Assembly: GCA_964016885.1 (NCBI GenBank)
Contig: OZ024750.1
Span: forward strand, 9,610,001 to 9,674,000
DNA: 64,000 bases
From: Eledone cirrhosa
Lineage: Eukaryota
Direction: 5' to 3'
The translations under genes were made by a program, and so were the position numbers. Under the pieces are notes generated by a model, which saw only the letters and a program-made list of their open reading frames with translations, ran no database searches and was not told the origin of the DNA. Positions 53,150 through 64,000 of this stretch are shown here, one piece after another (the first letter of the stretch is position 1; the number at the start of each line of letters is the position of its first letter).

Positions 53150-53642
53150 GTACAAAGTGAAACCTACTACAGTCAGTAGGCATCTCTAACAAAATACACC
53201 CCTGTCCCACTACCCCCACCCCATCCACACCACCCCTTTCAATGTAAAGTTATGTTGGTACCACAACATCCAGTCCGAAACAAATGAGGTCGTGTAGGTG
53301 TCACGAAAAAAAAACACACAGTCCACGCTGTAATGTGGCCGTGTAGGTAACACGGTAAAAACCTCCCAGTTCCATACTGTAAATGTGGTTGGTGTTAGGA
53401 AGGGCATCCAGCCGTAGAAAACCCGCCAGACAGTCCTATGCGAGCGAGACAACCACTTAAGTGGGAAAACTCCCGTCCAAACCCATGCAAGCATGGAAGA
53501 TGGACGTTAAACGATGATGATGATGATGATATATATATAGATGATGTAGATGTGTGTCAACAAATCTATCTAAACTCCCCATTATATATCATTGTCACTG
53601 TTTAACATCCATTTTTCCACGCTACCATATATATATATATCA

Positions 53643-53687
<45 letters not shown>

Positions 53688-53767
53688 ATGATGATGATGA
53701 TGATATATATATATACATATTCATTTACATCATCTGTATCAATCTGTTTATACATATACATCATCTA

Positions 53768-53810
<43 letters not shown>

Positions 53811-53999
53811 TCAATTACATCATCTGTATCTATCTATATATACATCATCTGCACCTATATATCTATATATCATCTATATATATATACACACACATCATCT
53901 AAAGGCATGTTGCAACAGGTTGATATATTTCTACATCAGCCAAACATTGAAAAGACCAACTATACACACTACATTATTAGCCCTGTAATGTGTATATAG

Positions 54000-54945
54000 T
54001 CAAATAAATAAATACAGTACTAGACTCAAATATATTTTGAAGTTGCTCAAATATTGATGGGCTTATCAAATAGATAAATTCAGTACTAGGCTCAAATATA
54101 TTTTGAAGTTAATTCGGTTGCTCAAACATTGATGGACATATCAAATAGATAAATACAATACTAGGCTCAAATATATTTTCAAGTTAATACAGTTGCTCAA
54201 ATATTGATCATCATCATCATCATCATCATCATTTTACGTCCGCTTTTCCCTGCTTGCAAGGGTGGGACGGGTCTTATTCAGCACAGCATCTCTCCACTCG
54301 TCACAGTCCCTCGTCATCTCCACCGTGAGCTTCAATGATCTGAGGTCTGTTCTCACCACCTCCGCCCATGTTTTTCGTGGTCTACCTCTACCACGTCTTC
54401 CTTCAACTGGCAATTCCTGGTACTTCTTCACCCATCGGTCATCCCCCATGCGCATCACATGTCCATACCACCTCAATCTCCTCTCCCGTACACTACATTC
54501 CATCCCTCTCAGACACAGTTTCTCTCTCACACATTTATGCTGGGTCGTTCACGCACATTTACACTGCACATCCAACGGAGCATGCTTGCCTCATTTCTCT
54601 CCAGCCGTCGCATATCCTCTGCAGTTGCTGGCCATGTCTCACTACCATGCAGCATCACGCTCCTCACACAGGCATCATACAACCGGCCTTTGGTACGCAG
54701 GGAGAAACCCTTCTTCGTCAACAGAGGAAGCAGCTCCCTAAACTTCTTCCAACCCGTCCTTATTCTAGATACTATGGCCTCGGAACACCCTCCTCCCATG
54801 CTAATCTGATCTCCTAGGTATAAAGGAATAATTTCAATACTAGGCTCAACTATATTTTCAATTTAAAACTGTTGCTCAAACATTGATCGGCTTATCAAAT
54901 AGATAAATTCAGTACTAGGCTCAAACACATTTTGAAGTTAATATC
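54000..54945. repeat. ~65-75-bp tandem repeat interrupted by the RTE insertion
   Basis: aaatagataaattcagtactaggctcaaatatattttgaagtt units at 54000-54208 and 54830-54945. Confidence 0.8.
54207..54820 (-). pseudogene. 5'-truncated RTE LINE with (ATG)n tail
   Basis: YLGDQISMGGGCSEAIVSRIRTGWKKFREL...ERRLRWYGHVM...RGRPRKTW, with one frameshift. Confidence 0.92.
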
Positions 54946-55543
54946 GACAACTATGACTACGACAATGATTGCTAATGAATTTCTCATATCCAACCAACTT
55001 GCATTAATAACTACAATCTATATAATAACTATACCATCCTTTCTTGTTGAATATTCACCTATTTGGATGGTTTCCACCCTGAAATGAATAAAAACAAAAA
55101 CAAAATCAACACTTTCCTATTACCATTTATCAAATATTTATAAACATGTTCGATATGTTAATAATAATTATGAGAAAATAAAAATAAATATCAGTTTGTT
55201 AAGGAAAAAAGAGAGAATGGAGAAAGAAAAAGAAAAAAATGTCTACTGTTATAAATAACAGATGGATTAAGGGTAAATGTTATACAATAGATATAATGTA
55301 TATATATATTAAATAAATAACATAGCATAAAAACCATAACAACAAACATAATGAAAAATATAAAGAAATACTGGTTGCACATTTTCCTACATATAAATAT
55401 GTGAGTAGCTATGTGTGTATGTGTGTATGTGAGTATGTCTGTGTGTGTACTTCACACATTAAGAAACACCTGCATACAGACACACATATGCATGTACACA
55501 TAAATATATGTATGCATGTATTACATGTGTGTATATATGATGT

Positions 55544-55599
<56 letters not shown>

Positions 55600-55720
55600 T
55601 ATCACACATGCACAAACATAGTATATGTAACGCAAACAAATGTTATATCTGATGATATATATATGTATGTGTGTATTTATATACACACATTTACATGCAA
55701 GTGCAACATATGAATGTGTG

Positions 55721-55758
<38 letters not shown>

Positions 55759-56194
55759 AAGACAAACTCAATCAGAAAAAACACCTGAAAATGTATGAAT
55801 ACATACATGCACATTCACACATATATACATACACATACACACACATATTCATACATATCCACACACAATCATATACATATACACACACACTCATATATTC
55901 ATACACTTACACACACACACACTGTTATACACACGTACATGTATGAGATAAATAAAAGTAGGTTAAAAGAATCTGTCTTCTTTTCCAAATTTCCATTATG
56001 TTTTTTATTCTATGTTTATAAACACTACATTTGTTGTTGTAGTTGTAGTTGTTGTTGTTGTAGTTGTTGTTGTTGTAGTTGTTGTTGTTGTTATTTCATT
56101 ATCTATTTATTGTCAGTTAATTGGAAGAAAATCCTTCATTATATTTTTAATGAATTCAAAATACAAAATAATGTATAAATAAATCTAACAAGAC

Positions 56195-56226
<32 letters not shown>

Positions 56227-56411
56227 GGACGTTAAATGGTGATGATGATGATAGTGATGATATATATGTATATGTATGTATATATATATAGTTATATATG
56301 TGTATGAATATATATACACATGGATGTTAAATGGTGATGATGATGATGATGATGATGATAGTGATGATATATATATGTATATGTGTATATATATATGTGT
56401 GTATATATATA

Positions 56412-56692
56412 TAACAAATAGTTTAGCGCTCTACAAGGCTGAATACAATAAATGTAATTTGAGTTTTTCGAATATTAATAATAATATTCGATTTGTTTGC
56501 AATTATGTAACAGTCTTTTTAAGTCATGTTAGTAGAATGACCTCGTCATTCTTGCTCTTGTGTTGGCATGGCAACACAAGAGCAAGAATGACAGGTTTGT
56601 TCTACTGTCGTGGCTTAAAAAGAGGCTGTTTACATAATTGCCAACGAATCAAATATTATTATTAATATTAGAAAAACTCAAATTACATTTAT
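56412..56692. mobile_element. Old (TA)n-inserted fold-back element (family G)
   Basis: Imperfect arms of ~120 bp, 56448-56565 / 56572-56692. Confidence 0.7.
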
Positions 56693-58110
56693 ATATATAT
56701 ATTTAACTTTGATAGGTTTAGGCCAGTATTGGCCCAGGCCATGTCTTTCAAATCAGGATTTGGACACCATGGCCTACTCAAGTAGAGAGTTACTATTTGC
56801 GAAGACATATCCAGGTGTAGGAGATTTATTTGGGATTTCTTGGAGGAATTTGTCAAAAGACTTTTTGAATTTTAAGGGGTCTGTTTCTGTTTTAATGTGT
56901 TTTGATGTATGTAATGTTAAAGAGAGCAGTAGCAATTGAGGTGAAATAGTTGTATTGTGATGTTGTTATGAGATGCGTGTTTGATTTTTATTGTGGGCAG
57001 ATAGCATGGGGCCCAAGCCTGAGGTGTATTTTGAAGATGATGCCAACATCATTTGGGCAATGCTGATGTAATATTTTCCACATTATGCAGATAATGTAAT
57101 GCTCAAGGCAGCATTGGAGAGAGTAGAATTTATACATATATATGTATATATATATTTAAATACATATATATATATATAAAAATACATGTATATATATATA
57201 TATATATATATCATCATCATCATTTTACGTCCATTCTTCCACGCTAACATGGGTTAGACAGGTTGTCCTGTTGTGGGCAGTGTCCAGTCGGCTGACCTTG
57301 ACTTGCTCATACAGGAACTCATTCTGGCTTGATTTCTACAGCTGGATGCCCTTCCTAACACCAACCTCATATACAGTGTGGGCTGGGTGCTTTTTTGCCG
57401 TGGCACCTCCATGACCACTTTGCAGTGGGAGGGTGTGGGGGCATATTGTCTATATGCTTCAGCTTCGGCTTGTTCCTGTGGACGTAAAATGATGATGATG
57501 ATGATGATGATACATGTATGTATATATGTAAAATTGCATGCTCAACTAGAAAAATCACTTAACTCTATAAAGTACATAAAAGTATGTACGTTGAAGAAGA
57601 ATATGGTATCTGAGAGAGAGAGAGAGAGAGAGAGATGAAGTGACGGGGAGAGAGAGAGGGGTGTTGAGAGAGAGGAATGGGAGAGAGACAAAGTGAGAAA
57701 GACAGAACAATATGGTTTCTCAGAGAGAGATGGGAGAAAGAGAGAGAGGGAGAGAGAGATGGGAAAGAGAGATAGGAGAGAGAGATGAGAGAGAGAAAGA
57801 TGGGAGAGAGAGAGATATATAGGAGAGAGAGATGGGAGAGAGATATATATAGGAGAGAGAGATGAGAAAGAGACAAGAGAGAGAGAGATGGTAGAGAGAG
57901 AGGAATGAGAGAGGGAGAGAGCGATGATAGAGAGAGAGAGGAATGAGAGAGAGAGAGAGGGATGGTAGAGAGAGAGGAATGAGAGAGAGAGAGAGAGAGA
58001 GGGACAAAGACAGAGAGAGAAAATGACAAGGAAAGAAACCCAATTAGTTAACAAGCTTAAAATTTGTTTGGTTTTTCTAAATAGTGTTTTTGCTTGTCTT
58101 GTTTTCTGAT

Positions 58111-58149
<39 letters not shown>

Positions 58150-58220
58150 TGGTATATATGTATGTATATATATGTGTATGTATATATATATAAGTATATA
58201 TATCTAGACATACATATATC

Positions 58221-58294
58221 TTGGGTCGTCAAGTATGAAATTTGTAGAAATTTATTTTTAAAAAACAAATTTCTACAAATGTCATACTTGACAA

Positions 58295-58298
<4 letters not shown>
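58221..58298. repeat. 78-bp hairpin within (TA)n
   Basis: ttgggtcgtcaagtatgaaatttgtagaaattt...aaatttctacaaatgtcatacttgacaaccaa. Confidence 0.8.
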
Positions 58299-58360
<62 letters not shown>

Positions 58361-58803
58361 TTGTTTTGGATTTAAATTTTACTATTATATATTTTTATTT
58401 TCTTATTTTGCTTTTTCCTTTTTTTTTTACCTTTATCCTATATTTTGTTTCTTTGGTTTACAATAAACTTTCCATTTTAATTTGATTTCCCTGCCAGCAC
58501 ATTATCTGCTTTACATACTTAATCTAAACAAAGAAATTTTTGATTTATTTAAATTGCCTCTTGACCAAATTTTCTTTTAAAAACATCTTTTCAACTTCAT
58601 TTATTTTTATGTTTTTTTATATGTTTGTTTGTTTGTATATTTCTTGGTTTATTTTTTTACATAGTGGTGTTGTTGTTGTTGTTACTGTTGTTGTTGCTGT
58701 TATTGCTGTTGTTGTTTTTGTTGCTGTTGCTGTTGCTGTTGTTATTGTTTGCTGTTGTTGTTATAGTTGCTGGTGTTATCGTTGCTGGTGTTATTGTTAT
58801 TGC

Positions 58804-58834
<31 letters not shown>

Positions 58835-59884
58835 GCTGTTATTGTTGTTAGTGTTGTTGTTGCTATTGTTGCTGTTATTGTTGATGTTGTTGTTGTTGTT
58901 GTTGTTAATATTGTTGTTATTGCTGTTGTTGTTTTGTTGCAATTTTATTTTGAGATAGAAAAAAAGAACAAAACATTCTTTGAAACATCAATTTCTCTCT
59001 CCCCCTCTCTCTCTCCCTCTCTCTCTCTCTCTTTTATTCTCCTTCCACGTCCTCTCCCTCTCTCTGTCTCTCTCTCACATTCTCTCTCTCTCTCCTATCT
59101 CCCTCTCTATCTATCTACCCCTCTCTCACTCTCCCCTCATCTCTATCCCCCTCTCTCCCTCTTATAACCGCCATAATACAATACCACCACCAAAAATGTC
59201 TTTATAATTTACAATACTCTAAATGTCTAGAACTGTCGTCGTCAGTAATAAGCCCCACCTGACGATAACGAAGTTTAAAACTCATTAATCTAAAGCTATT
59301 TGTATCTCTCGTTTATCGTTTCATTTAACCTCAATCAAGCTAAAATTTCTAATAAACATTGCAACACAAAATTACGAGTGTTTCCTATAAGTTTTGCTGA
59401 AGAAGACATTAATACAAATATTTAATTTAACACTATTAAATAGCATATTGTATAGAATATACTGATTATCTAAATATATACACTGTTATGGTGTGTGCGT
59501 ATGTGTCTGTGTGTGTGTGTCTGTGTGTGTCTGTGTCTGTGTATGTATGTCTGTGTGTATGTGTCTGTATGTATGTCTGTGTGTATGTGTCTGTGTGTGT
59601 ATGTGTCTGTGTATGTATGTATCTGTGAGTGTACGTGTGTGTGTATGTGTGTCTGTGAGTATGTGTGCCTGTGTGTGTGTCTGTCTATCTGTGTGTATGT
59701 ATAGGTGTGTGTCTGTGTATGTGTGTCTCTGCATATGTGTCTGTGTATGTGTGTCTGTGTGTATGTCTGACTGTGTCTATGTATGTATGTCTGTCTGTGT
59801 ATGAGTCTGCATCTGTGTGTGTGTGTGTCTGTGTACGTATGTGTGTATTTATCTGAGAGTGAAGAGTAAATTATATGATGTTTG

Positions 59885-60505
59885 TACAGAAAGTGCAATG
59901 CTGCATGTTAGTGAAACAGTGAGACATTTTCCCTGAACACAGACGATCTGTAAAGGTTAAACAGAAATGACGTCTGCTCCACTGGATGTGTAATGTTATT
60001 GTACATGAATGACTTTGGAGGAGAAATTAAAAAAAAAAGATGCATATAAAAGAGGGATCAGATCCAATGTGAAAGAAAACAATTGCTGCACTGGTATGGA
60101 CATGTGATCCATATGGAGTATACAAGCTACATAATGAAGTGTTGAGTACTTAAAGAGGATGGAAACTGTGGCTGAAGAAGACAGGATGACACAGGTTAAC
60201 CCTTTCGTGACTGCATTTTTAATTAAATATACTCTATTTTAATTAATTAATTAATGAAGAATTTTGAAGGATTTTCTAACATTATTATTTCATTACTAAG
60301 ATAGTAACTTAATGTAAGATTCTTATATAAAATTATGTTGGAAGATTTTAATTTAAATTGGAAACCTTTAAAATGGGTGGTTTTATTTCATAGAACTAGA
60401 GATGGTTTGGGCTGGGTTGGTAACTAAAGGGTTAATGAAATAAGGACTAATCTTATGGCATTAAACCTCATGAAAAAGATTACAAGGGGCAGCAATAATT
60501 TATGA
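59885..60505 (+). pseudogene. Decayed RTE fragment interrupted by an M2 MITE
   Basis: CTESAMLHVSET...LHWMC...LHWYGHV. Resumes after 60435. Confidence 0.7.
60196..60435. mobile_element. piggyBac-type MITE (family M2)
   Basis: TTAA-ccctttcgtgact...ggtaactaaaggg-TTAA. Confidence 0.8.
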
Positions 60506-60604
60506 AATGTTTTTGAATATTTTATTCTGACAAGTCATGTGACCATGTAGAGGCTTCCTCATTGGTTCATATTGGTATATTTATGAGGATTGTAGTAGTG
60601 AAAA

Positions 60605-60790
60605 TAATTGTTTCTACTTTTGGCACAAGGCCAGCAATTATCCCAGTGTATTACTGGTACTTTATTTTATCAACCCCGTAAGGATGAAAGGCAAAGTTAA
60701 CCTCGGCAGGATTTGAACTCAGTCCGTAAAGGGACGTAACTGTGCTGCAAAGCATGGCGTCCGACCCTCTGCCGATACTGCCAATCCACG
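60605..60790 (-). mobile_element. S1 SINE
   Basis: Near full-length copy. Confidence 0.85.
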
Positions 60791-61098
60791 ACAGTTATGG
60801 TGGTTTAATAGAAGATGTTTCTTGTCATAGCTATTTCACCATTAATATGTGATTAACCGTTTAGTTAGCAACCTGGCCAAAACCAGCTCTGGTTCTATGA
60901 AATAAAGTCAACCATTTTAAATAGTTTCTATATCATTACTTTAATACCGGCACAGCTCCCATGACTTTCGGAAATATTTTTTCACACTGAAGCATGGAAC
61001 AAACTAGCTGCATCAGTTGTTAGCTGCTGAGATACTGCATCCTTTAAAACCTTGATGCTTCCTGAAATTCACTGACACTACGCCAGATATCCCCCCTC

Positions 61099-61133
<35 letters not shown>

Positions 61134-62631
61134 TCCTGACATTTCTACATTATTCTATGTACTATACATGCACCTTTGATGAGTTGTAGTGCACCTAAGC
61201 ACTGTACACAGTAATTTCATTATTATACTCTACTATAGTGATGTTATATAGTGTCACCATAACATCCATTACTACATACATCTCTAAATAGTTTCTCTAT
61301 CATTACCTTCTATCATCAACCTTCCTATTATACTCTACTATAGTGATGTTATATAATGTCACAACAACATCCATTACTTCACACATCTCTAAATAGTTTC
61401 TCTATCCTTTCTCTATCATTACCTTCTATCATTACCTTCTATCATTACCTTCAATTATCAACCTTACTACTATACTCTACTTACTCACAAATCATTATGG
61501 CTCATTAGTAATTCATTACTACAATAATTATTCAAGTGAGAAATAAAAAAAGTCAAGTAAGTGAGGAATGAGACTTCCAATTTCCTAAATCACATTTTTA
61601 TTTTATTTTATTTTATTTTATTTATTTTTATTTTTATTTTTATTTTTATTTTTATTTTTATTTTCATTTTTATTTTTATATATTATCCTACTGCAAATGT
61701 TGCGATGTATTTCTCAATTAGATACATAAATATACTTGCTTAAAGCTTTCTTTCCTAATTAAGAAATCATTATTTCTTCAAGATAACTCTAAACGAATAA
61801 AATACAATAAAATACAATAAAATACAATAAAATATAATAAAATAATACAAAATAAAATACGTACAACTTGTAATTTCCCAGGTACAACAAAATAAAATAT
61901 ATTTGTCTGAAAAATAAAACAATTAAGCCGCAAATATATAGGCAACAGACCTATAGAATATAGAGATAAAAGCACAAAAGAAAATTGTTAAAAGTGCAAC
62001 AGGTTAAATTATACAGGTTTTTCCTTATTATTTTAGTGTTTTTCTTCAAATGAAGCAATGATCAGAGCAGATCAAGGTGCAAATTTAGACAGCATTCAAT
62101 TGTAAAATGATCATTAATCAAAAAGAAAATTATAGATTTATTTTTTTTTATTTTTTGGTTATTATTGTTTCCGCAGTAAAACTGATTGATCTTTTAGTAT
62201 TTTGTTATTTTGGTTATTTTGTTTTAGTTTTTTATTTGTTTCTATTTACATCTATTTAATATCAGTTCTCTGATGTTCTGCGTACATCATTATAGGTTAA
62301 TGGCCGTATTCTTTTCAACTCTATTCACCAGAAAATTATTTTGATTTTGATGCTCAATCATTTTCTCAACTCAACAACACTCATGTAACAGTTTTTTTCT
62401 GAGTTGATACCAAACATTACACACGCACATGCACACACATACACGCATGCACGCACGCACACACACACGCACACACACGCACACACACACACACACATCA
62501 CATACACACAACAGATCATAGGTAGGTAGTACATGGGTCAATGAGAGAACCTCTATGTGGTCACTCAGCCTGCTAGAAATAGATACAAAATAATATTCAT
62601 AGCTCTGTGTTGGTTGGATCATAGTTTAGAG

Positions 62632-62794
62632 CTGGTATCGGCAACCTTTTTTGAGCAGTGGGCCACATAGGATGTGGCTCATCATAAGGTGGGCCGCACT
62701 ACTAAAAAATTTAAGGCCATTTTGAAATGAAGTGTCATTCAGAACGGCAAATAGGCTGCATTGTAGCTCACAGAATGCAGTTTGCCTATGACTG
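62632..62794. mobile_element. hAT-type MITE, decayed
   Basis: Termini ctggtatcggcaacc / gtttgcctatgactg resemble CAGGGGTCGGCAAC. Internal gggccaca and gggccgca. 8-bp flanks gtttagag / atttagtg. Confidence 0.65.
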
Positions 62795-62974
62795 ATTTAG
62801 TGTGAACAGAGTTTTGGATGGTAATTAGAGTGAGAGAAAGAAGCCAACCAGTTAGGATTCCTCACTGCTTGAATGTTCACAAGTTATATAATCTTAATAG
62901 AGGACAGATCTTCAGAGTCATTTACTCTGCATCAAAGATATAACATGAGAAAAGTTTCAAGGTGAAGTTTCCTA

Positions 62975-64000
62975 ATTTGAATTGGAAACCTTTAAAATGG
63001 GTGGTTTTATTTCATAGAACCAGAGCTGGTTTTGGCCGGGTTGATAAGATAGTAACTTAATGTAAGGTTTGTATTTAAAATTATTTTGGAAGATTTTAAT
63101 TTAAATAGGAACACCCTATTTCAATTAATTAATAAAGAATTTTGAGGGATTTCCTAAAATTATCAATTATTTCATTTCTAAGATAGTAAATTAATGTAAG
63201 GTTCTTATATAAAATTATGCTGGAAGATTTCAATTTAAATTGGAAACCTTTAAAATGGGTGGTTTTATTTCATAGAACCAGAGCTGGTTTTGGCCGGGTT
63301 GATAAGATAGTAACTTAATGTAAGGTTTGTATTTAAAATTATTTTGGAAGATTTTAATTTAAATAGGAACACCCTATTTCAATTAATTAATAAAGAATTT
63401 TGAGGGATTTCCTAAAATTATCAATTATTTCATTTCTAAGATAGTAAATTAATGTAAGGTTCTTATATAAAATTATGCTGGAAGATTTCAATTTAAATTG
63501 GAAACCTTTAAAATGGGTGGTTTTATTTCATAGAACCAGAGCTGGTTTTGGCCGGGTTGATAAGATAGTAACTTAATGTAAGGTTTGTATTTAAAATTAT
63601 TTTGGAAGATTTTAATTTAAATAGGAACACCCTATTTCAATTAATTAATAAAGAATTTTGAGGGATTTCCTAAAATTATCAATTATTTCATTTCTAAGAT
63701 AGTAAATTAATGTAAGGTTCTTATATAAAATTATGCTGGAAGATTTCAATTTAAATTGGAAACCTTTAAAATGGGTGGTTTTATTTCATAGAACCAGAGC
63801 TGGTTTTGGCCGGGTTGATAAGATAGTAACTTAATGTAAGGTTTGTATTTAAAATTATTTTGGAAGATTTTAATTTAAATAGGAACACCCTATTTCAATT
63901 AATTAATAAAGAATTTTGAGGGATTTCCTAAAATTATCAATTATTTCATTTCTAAGATAGTAAATTAATGTAAGGTTCTTATATAAAATTATGCTGGAAG
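62975..64000. repeat. 258-bp satellite derived from the M2 MITE interior
   Basis: tggaaacc recurs at 62983, 63241, 63499 and 63757. Units are near-identical and run off the window end. Confidence 0.95.

Noticed and set aside
59238-59275. tcgtcag...CTGACGA small hairpin
   Set aside because: No GAAA, helix III or helix I.

Overview
AT-rich, microsatellite-saturated eukaryotic non-coding DNA. The SINE/LINE/MITE content suggests an octopod cephalopod; this is inference, not a search result. I found no supportable host protein-coding gene. Almost all listed ORFs are translations of (TA)n, (CA)n, (GA)n or (AAC)n repeats. The real coding remnants are 5'-truncated retrotransposon fragments (RTE, RTE-X-like, R4/Dong-type, CR1/L2-type). 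The window also holds several tRNA-derived SINE families (one as a 6-copy tandem array), TTAA piggyBac-type MITEs, pogo/mariner and hAT MITEs, minisatellites, a MITE-derived 258-bp satellite and a 200-N gap. The main hidden signal is about a dozen unrelated families of short elements inserted in (TA)n tracts. These carry minimal type I hammerhead ribozyme motifs of the Penelope-like element kind. Many are fold-back inverted repeats, four appear to fold back inside ribozyme helix II, one has a U3-A8 compensatory core, and several share a RTYGAGTRC motif about 35-50 nt from the 3' end.
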